DNA from: Candidatus Nanopusillus sp.
Lineage (GTDB): Archaea; Nanobdellota; Nanobdellia; Nanobdellales; Nanobdellaceae
Direction: 5' to 3'
Length of the DNA: 32,000 nucleotides
Assembly: GCA_046536775.1 (NCBI GenBank)
Contig: JAWDMD010000001.1
Coordinates: forward strand, 67,928 to 99,927
In this document: in pieces, positions 25,666-32,000 of the stretch
Layout of the letters: the number at the start of each line of letters is the position of its first letter
Position numbering within the stretch: the first letter of the stretch is position 1
The notes under the pieces: generated by a model
Told to the model about the DNA's origin: nothing
Database searches by the model: none
What the model saw: only the letters and a program-made list of their open reading frames with translations
Program-made: the position numbers and the translations under genes

Positions 25666-26001
25666 ATGAAGATTGACAAAATGATTAACAATTTGATCAT
25701 GTTGGTTAGTTTGTATAGATTACATGCAAAAAAATTATTTAATAAAATCCAGGATAATGAGGCAAAAATGTTATTATTAATGTCATTTAAAGATAATGAT
25801 ATATTAAATATTTTGGAAGATATTGTTGATAGAAAGAAAATATTTGATGAATATATAAGAAATAATCAAATAAAGAAAGCATATATGGTATATAAAGATA
25901 TTGAATATAAATATAAGTTAGCTGAATCATTATTATATAATAGAATTGAGGATTTAGTTAAAATAAGAGCTTTTGATATTGCAAAATCTAAAAAAGACTA
26001 A
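25666..26001 (+). CDS. hypothetical helical protein (111 aa)
   Basis: The only substantial ORF in this interval. No motif recognised. Confidence 0.4.
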   Translation: MKIDKMINNLIMLVSLYRLHAKKLFNKIQDNEAKMLLLMSFKDNDILNILEDIVDRKKIFDEYIRNNQIKKAYMVYKDIEYKYKLAESLLYNRIEDLVKIRAFDIAKSKKD

Positions 26002-26219
26002 TCTTTTCTTTTTACATTATATAAAGGTATTTTTCCCTTATATGATAAATATACATAAACATCTATAATAATTAATACCAATATAATCAATGTTGACATT
26101 AAATATAGATTTCTATACGGTAAACTAATTAATGTATTTGTTATTATGGCAATAACTATCAACGTAATTACTAAAGAAATATAAACCTCGTATTTTGTTG
26201 CATACAATTCTTCTTCCAT
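25998..26219 (-). CDS. small membrane protein (2 TM), hypothetical
   Basis: Two clear hydrophobic helices (ISLVITLIVIAIITNTLI, LMSTLIILVLIIIDVYVYL). Its stop overlaps the stop of the convergent 25666..26001 ORF. Confidence 0.4.
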   Translation of the reverse strand: MEEELYATKYEVYISLVITLIVIAIITNTLISLPYRNLYLMSTLIILVLIIIDVYVYLSYKGKIPLYNVKRKD

Positions 26220-26248
26220 TAATAATTGTTTTATAAAACATTAAAAAA

Positions 26249-26298
26249 TCTGAGCTCAAGACCCTCATCATTTATCAGTCGATGAGTTTTTCTTCATT
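26249..26298 (-). ncRNA. C/D-box-like sRNA (copy B)
   Basis: Minus strand reads A-AUGAAGA / AAAACUCAUCGA (12) / CUGA / UAA / AUGAUGA / GGGUCUUGAGCU (12) / CAGA, followed directly by UUUUUU. It lies in a 113-nt gap between two minus-strand genes. Confidence 0.6.
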
Positions 26299-26332
26299 AT
26301 AAAGATATTATAAAATTTTATTTTAAAAATGA

Positions 26333-27262
26333 TTATTTATTCTCCAAATCTATATAATTATACCTATTTAGATAATATTTTCTTAATTTATTCATGAAAA
26401 ATATATATAATAATGTATGGGCAATTCTTTTTATAATATTACTATCTAATATTGTTAAATATTGGATATATTCTTTTATAGATATTTTATATTTTGTATT
26501 ATAAACTATATTTAATTCCATTTTTAATCCTATCAAATAATCTAATGCCCTTTTACATTTTAGTCTTTCATAAATATATATAAAATCTTTCAAATGTTTT
26601 TCAAGACTATCCTTACTAAAGCTAATACTTGCACTTAGATTATGTCTTCTATAATATGTTAATTCATCTTTTGTTTTTATTATTCTACCTTTAGTTTTAA
26701 AATAACATATTAAACTATTATCAACAACAAAATATATGTTTCTTAAATATTCTATTAATTCATCCTTATTCTTTGTATAAAATATTATTCCTATTGTTCC
26801 TCCAACACTTACTAAATCAAATATTTTTTCTTTAATCCTTTTTATCATACTTTTACTTTCTTTAATTATATTTCCATTTATATCTATTGGAATTAATCTA
26901 TGCGCAATCATGTATTCTTTATCTTTAATATCTTTTACAATTTCAAATATTCTACTAACTTTATTTTCGGTAAACATATCGTCATCATCTAATATAAATA
27001 TTAGATTACTTGAAGAAACTTTTATTCCTTCAGAATAATTTCTTCCAACATAATGATTCAGATCATTAGGATCTAAATTTATTATCTTATGATTAGGAAA
27101 ATTTTCTTTAATATAACTATCTATTTTCTCATCTTGATAATATTTTACAACAACTACTTCAATATCATTTAAATCTATTCCTTTTTGATTTTTAATACTT
27201 TTTAATGCGTCTAGAATATATTTCTTTCTTTTATAATCAATAACTATTACTGAAGCTTTCAT
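26333..27262 (-). CDS. family-2 glycosyltransferase (soluble, GT-A fold)
   Basis: N-terminal beta-strand MKASVIVIDYKRKKYILDALKSIKNQ and FILDDDDMF (DxD), typical of GT2. Confidence 0.8.
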   Translation of the reverse strand: MKASVIVIDYKRKKYILDALKSIKNQKGIDLNDIEVVVVKYYQDEKIDSYIKENFPNHKIINLDPNDLNHYVGRNYSEGIKVSSSNLIFILDDDDMFTENKVSRIFEIVKDIKDKEYMIAHRLIPIDINGNIIKESKSMIKRIKEKIFDLVSVGGTIGIIFYTKNKDELIEYLRNIYFVVDNSLICYFKTKGRIIKTKDELTYYRRHNLSASISFSKDSLEKHLKDFIYIYERLKCKRALDYLIGLKMELNIVYNTKYKISIKEYIQYLTILDSNIIKRIAHTLLYIFFMNKLRKYYLNRYNYIDLENK

Positions 27263-27550
27263 AAAAGAATATAATAAAAAATAAAGATTTTAAATTATTT
27301 TTAGATTAACTTTGTAAAGACCATTATATAGATATTTAACAAAAATTTTCAAGAATTTTAATCACACTCTAATATTTAAATTATTTAACATACTATCCAG
27401 AGAACTTAAATATTATTGATCTTTAATTATTCAGTTGTTAATTTTTATCTTTGACTTTATAATTATAGATACTTTATTTTTAAAAATATTTGTTTATTAC
27501 AATTGCATATCTATAGTATAAGATAAATTTATAAGTTTTTTCTATATAAT

Positions 27551-28141
27551 ATGATGATATGGACGATCAACAATCATATAAAAGTCCTAAAAAAAATATT
27601 TGATTTAATAAAAGGAGGAATTAATGAAGGGCTAAAATATCCTATAAAAAAACTAGAGGACTTATTAAACGAAATGTCTAAAAATGCACAAAAAAAGGCT
27701 AATCTATCTGAAATAAAAGGATCAGCTACAGTAATAGATTTGTATTGCAATAAACGTGGTAATGAACCTATGTGGTGTGGATATTATATTGACACAGACC
27801 TTTATAATAAAGATGACGGAATTAGGTGTCTTTCAAACTCACCATATTTACCTAATAGAGTTAAATGCACTAATTATAGTGATAAGTCATTTGAGTTATC
27901 TGATTCCCTTCAAAGCATTTCTTTCGTACAGGGTATAAGAAATTCAATTCTAGACATATATAATATATTAAATCCAGGAGTACTTACGGATATGGGTAAG
28001 CAATATATACATATAAGGGGAATTGCTTATATGGATTTAGACAAGTCAATAAAAGAGAATCCAGTAATAATTAAAGATAATAATTTACTTATTTATTACA
28101 ATGGTAGAACTAGTATTAAAATGTTTTATGGCTACTATTAA
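27551..28141 (+). CDS. orphan hypothetical protein (196 aa, 4 Cys)
   Basis: An ORF flanked by long spacers (288 nt upstream, 138 nt downstream). No recognisable motif. Confidence 0.45.
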   Translation: MMIWTINNHIKVLKKIFDLIKGGINEGLKYPIKKLEDLLNEMSKNAQKKANLSEIKGSATVIDLYCNKRGNEPMWCGYYIDTDLYNKDDGIRCLSNSPYLPNRVKCTNYSDKSFELSDSLQSISFVQGIRNSILDIYNILNPGVLTDMGKQYIHIRGIAYMDLDKSIKENPVIIKDNNLLIYYNGRTSIKMFYGYY

Positions 28142-28279
28142 CCCTTTTGAGTTATAATATTTTTAGCCTTTATTAGATTTTTTATTTCAAAAAAGATTAT
28201 CTTATTCTAGCAAATATATCTAGTATAAGTATAATGCTAATCTATTTAGCTCAATAATTGATAACAAATTATTTAATTA

Positions 28280-29614
28280 TTACATTCGATACATTATATT
28301 TTCTAAATCTTTTAAATCAAATAAATATAAATTATCCCCTTTAATTTTTTCTTTAAAACTTTTTGCAAAAATTATATAATATTTATTTTTTATATCTAAA
28401 TTTAAATATTCAGATTTTTCCTTCAGATTTTCTAATATTTCTTTTGGATTTACATTATCTGAATATTTACATTCTATTAAATATATGTCTTTTGTGTTTT
28501 CATTATATGCAACCAAATCTATTTCTTTATCTTTATACCACCATTTTCCAATTTTTGTAAATTTAAATATTTTGCTTTTTATTAAAAATTGTTTTGCTAT
28601 ATCTTCAAAAACATATCCTAAATATCTATTATAATCTCTTTTAATATTGTTAATATCAAATATACCTTCTTCTATAGAACTTAAATTTGGATAAATATAT
28701 CTAAACCAAAATCTAATAAAATTATCATTTATATAATATCTACCTGCTCTAGAGTTTATTTTTTGATCTATTGGAACAATTCTTTTTATTAATTCTACTT
28801 CAATTAAATTTTTTAAATATGGACTCAAATCAGTTCTCTCAACCTTTATATAATCTTTAATTTCTTTTATAGTATTTTTACCAAATGAAATAGCCTCTAA
28901 AATTGATCTATATAAACTTGGATTTTCAAATTCATATCTCATCAAAAAATCTACTTCATCTAATATAAATGTTTTCTCTTTTAACTCTTTATCTAACCAA
29001 TCCCAAAAATTTCCATTTATTTTTGATAAATAATAAGGATTTCCATCAGCAAATCCGTATATTTCTATTAATTCTAAAATACTTTTATCTGGGAAGAATT
29101 CTTTTAAATCAAAGAAAGATATTGGTTTTAATTTATATGATAATGTTCTTCTACCATATAAAGGACTTTTATAACTTAAAACTTTTGATTTTATCATTGA
29201 TATTGAAGATCCAACTATTATTAATTTTATTTTAGAATTTTTTAATATATTATCAACGATATTTTGAAAAATACTTAATATATTTTTATCTTCTTTTATT
29301 AAATTTTGAAATTCATCAATAATTATAACATCTACTTTATCTTTTAAAAAATCAAACAATAATTCCCAATCTTTTTTATATTTATTTAATTCTGGAAAAT
29401 AATTTAAACATAGATTATAAAGTCTATCCAAATTATTCTTTTCTAAAGCTAAATAATATCTTCTTCTCATTTTTTCTGTAGCTTTTAATACTAATTCTGT
29501 TTTACCAATTCTCCTTCTACCATAAATTATTATGAACTCAAATTTATCACTATTTAAATATTTATTAAGTAGAGTTAATTCTTCTTTTCTATCTTTGAAA
29601 TTTTGTATAATCAT
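28280..29614 (-). CDS. archaeal AAA+ ATPase (Arch_ATPase/COG1672 type) with wHTH and a C-terminal DUF234 PD-(D/E)xK-like module
   Basis: FIIIYGRRRIGKTEL Walker A, VIIIDEFQ Walker B, SLYRSILEAISFGKNTIKEI (wHTH region), and C-terminal EIDLVAYNENTKDIYLIECKYS (D..ExK as in DUF234). Confidence 0.85.
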   Translation of the reverse strand: MIIQNFKDRKEELTLLNKYLNSDKFEFIIIYGRRRIGKTELVLKATEKMRRRYYLALEKNNLDRLYNLCLNYFPELNKYKKDWELLFDFLKDKVDVIIIDEFQNLIKEDKNILSIFQNIVDNILKNSKIKLIIVGSSISMIKSKVLSYKSPLYGRRTLSYKLKPISFFDLKEFFPDKSILELIEIYGFADGNPYYLSKINGNFWDWLDKELKEKTFILDEVDFLMRYEFENPSLYRSILEAISFGKNTIKEIKDYIKVERTDLSPYLKNLIEVELIKRIVPIDQKINSRAGRYYINDNFIRFWFRYIYPNLSSIEEGIFDINNIKRDYNRYLGYVFEDIAKQFLIKSKIFKFTKIGKWWYKDKEIDLVAYNENTKDIYLIECKYSDNVNPKEILENLKEKSEYLNLDIKNKYYIIFAKSFKEKIKGDNLYLFDLKDLENIMYRM

Positions 29615-29944
29615 AATTATACTAATTGTAATTATACATATATAAAGTTTACTATTATTTTAATTTGCCTTATATTTAAAATTAGAAACAGATAAATAAA
29701 ATTACAACTAAAATAAAACATTCAAAACATATAATATTATTATTTTTAAATATTTATTTGATAAGTGTAAAAATGATTTATTAGTTTCTATTATATTTAT
29801 TGTCCATACCTAATTTTACAGAATAAAATTTGTTATATCTACAATAAATACTAATTATCTTATTTTGAATTAATAAATAAATATTTTCCAATCATATTAA
29901 AAATTGAAAGTAAAATTCTTAAATCATTTATAAATTATAATATT

Positions 29945-32000
29945 ATGCCTTCTGATATTAATCCGTTAGATCAGTTAGATATTGATGCTATAACAGAATA
30001 TATTAAAAATGTTGTTAATAATGCGGGTTCAGAAGCAGATATAGTAGTTAGGATATCAAGTCTTATTGAAGAAAAAATATTGAAACCCTTAAAGGATTTA
30101 GAAGAAATAGATATTTCTGAAGGCGAATATGAATATACTTTAGCTTCCGGAAAGAGAGCTGATGCATTATATGGACATATACTTATCGAATATAAAGGCC
30201 CAGGTAAATTTTCAAGAGATTCTGATATAAAAAAAGCAAAAGAACAGGTTATCAAATATATAAAGGCTTTAGCTGACAATGAAAGTAATTATGATAAATT
30301 TTTAGGTATAATCATTAGTGATAAGATTGGTTTTGTTAGATATAATAAATATAGTAAAGAAGAGGAAGAAGATAAAAGATGGGAATTAAACATTTACGAT
30401 ATCGAAAGAGAATCTATTACAATGTTAATAGAGGCTTTTAGAGGTTTAATGAGAAAAACTTTAAGTGCTGAAGAACTTGTTAAAGATTTTGGTATAAATT
30501 CTCGCATATCTAAAAAAATTATAAAATTGTTTTATAAAAAATTATTAAATACAAAAAATGAAAGAGCAAACATGTTATTTAAAGATTGGATGGAACTATT
30601 TAAACAAGCTACAGGTTATAATCCTAAAAAACTTAAAGAAATAAAAGAGTTATCGGAAGACTACGAATTTGAAAAGTCCAATATTAATTATGATGCTCTT
30701 ATTTTCTCAATACATACATATTATGCATTAATCATGAAATTAATTGCTGCTGAAGTAGCTTCTTTAAATACAGGTGGTCAATTACTTGAATCTTATATTG
30801 GAGATCTAATTAATGCTTATGCTGGGGGTATCGAAGCTTTAAAAGATGCGTTACGAGAATTAGAAAGCGGGAATATATTTAAAAATTCTTTAAGTATTGA
30901 TAACTTTTTAGAAGAAGATTATTTTTCTTGGTATGTTGAAGAAATTGATAATGAATTGGCAGATGCTATTTACGAAGTTGTAAAAATTCTCTCAAATTAT
31001 GAAATGGCAACTCCACAATTAAAGCCAGAATTTACCAGAGACTTATTAAAAGATTTATATCATAATCTCATTCCAAAGGATATTAGACATAATTTAGGTG
31101 AATATTATACACCAGATTGGTTGGCGGAATTGATACTTGATGAAGTTGGATTGAGTTATGAAAATTTAAAAACTATAGGAAAAGAAAATCGATCAAAGCC
31201 TTTAGAAATTAGAGTTCTAGATCCTGCATGTGGTTCGGGTACCTTTCTCATTCTTTATATTAATAGATTAAAAAGATATGCTGGGGAACACCTCTTAAAA
31301 CCGTCTGAATTAGCTCCATATATAATCAAAAATGTTGCTGGCTACGATTTAAATCCATTAGCAGTTTTAGCTGCAAAAACAAATTTTTTATTAGCTACTG
31401 TGGACTTGATTCGATCTGCTAGGAGAGAAGGTAAATTAAAGGAAGTTGAAATCCCAATCTATTTGGCAGATTCTATAATGATTAAAGAAGTGAAATTTTT
31501 CAATACATGTTATATATTAAATACCAAAGTTGGAGAGCTTAAAATACCGATAAATATAGCACAAAATACAGAACTTCTAAGAAAAATATTAAATCAAATG
31601 AAAATATTCTTAAAAAATAAATCTAAATATAAAGAATTTGAGGACTCAATTTTATCCAAACTAACTTCTGAAGAAAAAGAAGAATTTTTGAAAGGAAAAG
31701 CTTGTTTAGAAGATCTCTATAGGAAATTACTTGACCTTGAAAAAGATGGCAAAGATGGTATATGGATATCTATAATTAAAAATGCATCTGCTCCAATGTT
31801 AAAAGGTAAATTTGATTATGTGATTGGTAATCCTCCATGGGTAAGTTGGGAAAATTTACCTGATGAATACAGAAGATCTAGTGAAGAATTTTGGAAAAAT
31901 TATGGATTAACAAAAACAATAAACATTGGAGCATTCAAAAAAGATTTATCTATGTTATTTTTAGTAAGGTGTTTTGATTTATATTTAAAAGTAGGAGGAA
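29945..32000 (+). CDS. Type IIG/IIL-like restriction-modification enzyme (N-terminal PD-ExK-like nuclease plus gamma-class N6-adenine DNA methyltransferase), 3'-truncated by the window edge
   Basis: Hand translation from the ATG at 29945 gives 685 codons with no stop up to the window end. This ORF is absent from the supplied track. Motifs: RADALYGHILIEYKGPG (D-x8-E-x-K, compare MmeI D-x9-ExK), GEYYTPDWLAELIL, VLDPACGSGTFL (motif I), GYDLNPLAVLAAKTN, and VIGNPPWVSWE (motif IV NPPW). Confidence 0.8.
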   Translation, partial: MPSDINPLDQLDIDAITEYIKNVVNNAGSEADIVVRISSLIEEKILKPLKDLEEIDISEGEYEYTLASGKRADALYGHILIEYKGPGKFSRDSDIKKAKEQVIKYIKALADNESNYDKFLGIIISDKIGFVRYNKYSKEEEEDKRWELNIYDIERESITMLIEAFRGLMRKTLSAEELVKDFGINSRISKKIIKLFYKKLLNTKNERANMLFKDWMELFKQATGYNPKKLKEIKELSEDYEFEKSNINYDALIFSIHTYYALIMKLIAAEVASLNTGGQLLESYIGDLINAYAGGIEALKDALRELESGNIFKNSLSIDNFLEEDYFSWYVEEIDNELADAIYEVVKILSNYEMATPQLKPEFTRDLLKDLYHNLIPKDIRHNLGEYYTPDWLAELILDEVGLSYENLKTIGKENRSKPLEIRVLDPACGSGTFLILYINRLKRYAGEHLLKPSELAPYIIKNVAGYDLNPLAVLAAKTNFLLATVDLIRSARREGKLKEVEIPIYLADSIMIKEVKFFNTCYILNTKVGELKIPINIAQNTELLRKILNQMKIFLKNKSKYKEFEDSILSKLTSEEKEEFLKGKACLEDLYRKLLDLEKDGKDGIWISIIKNASAPMLKGKFDYVIGNPPWVSWENLPDEYRRSSEEFWKNYGLTKTINIGAFKKDLSMLFLVRCFDLYLKVGG

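Noticed and set aside
27756-29235. Plus-strand track ORFs 27756..27938, 28363..28560 and 28969..29235
   Set aside because: The first is an alternative frame of the orphan ORF. The other two are antisense to the DUF234 ATPase gene.
29615-29944. 7-nt inverted repeat TAGAAAC/GTTTCTA about 85 nt apart in the ATPase-RM spacer, considered as possible element termini or an operator
   Set aside because: It is too short to separate from chance in this AT-rich DNA. No flanking direct repeats or transposase are present.
29971-30279. Minus-strand track ORF of 102 aa
   Set aside because: It is antisense to the long open-ended plus-strand RM ORF, which carries clear methyltransferase motifs.
1-32000. CRISPR arrays, IS elements or transposases, rRNA genes, split-tRNA halves
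   Set aside because: I saw no regularly spaced direct repeats, no transposase or integrase-like ORFs, no rRNA-like GC-rich stretches, and no additional GC-rich half-tRNA-like islands beyond the two complete tRNAs.

Overview
This is an extremely AT-rich archaeal chromosome segment (by eye about three quarters A+T, not computed). It is tightly packed with mostly plus-strand genes, many separated by under 30 nt or overlapping by 1-4 nt. Two tRNA genes are far more GC-rich than their surroundings, which suggests a thermophile. That contrast, the scrambled ribosomal-protein gene order (uL3 followed by eL20/LX rather than uL4), a compact Cys-free primase and an archaellum cluster together suggest a Nanoarchaeota/DPANN-like reduced genome. 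This is an inference and was not verified.

Core content, in order:
- trm1 (runs off the 5' edge)
- Hef helicase/nuclease, translationally coupled to a small DHH/DHHA1 phosphoesterase
- CWB2-repeat glycoprotein
- PriS-like primase
- membrane protein plus membrane GT2 synthase
- ThyA with an MtrA-like N-terminal domain
- rhomboid protease
- M1 aminopeptidase
- MetRS
- Trm5
- FlaF/G-like protein
- tRNA-Arg(UCU) and tRNA-Pro(UGG)
- uL3, eL20/LX, prefoldin alpha and aIF6
- arlCDE, arlF/G, arlH and arlI
- TyrRS
- a GT2 glycosyltransferase

From about 27.3 kb to the window end there is an accessory, defence-like island. It holds an orphan protein, a DUF234 AAA+ ATPase, and a large ORF open at the window end that is absent from the supplied ORF track. 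That ORF encodes a fused PD-ExK-like nuclease and gamma-class N6-adenine methyltransferase (Type IIG/IIL-like).

Main hunt results:
- Two unannotated paralogous C/D-box-like sRNAs share an identical non-canonical terminal box pair.
- TATA-like elements sit at a similar distance upstream of the tRNA and sRNA 5' ends.
- A single near-palindromic TATA-like element sits between tRNA-Pro and rpl3.
- Hef is coupled to a DHH protein.
- ThyA is fused to an MtrA-like domain.
- A 515-bp gene-free gap contains a polypurine micro-ORF.
- The defence island described above.

No CRISPR array, IS element or rRNA was seen.
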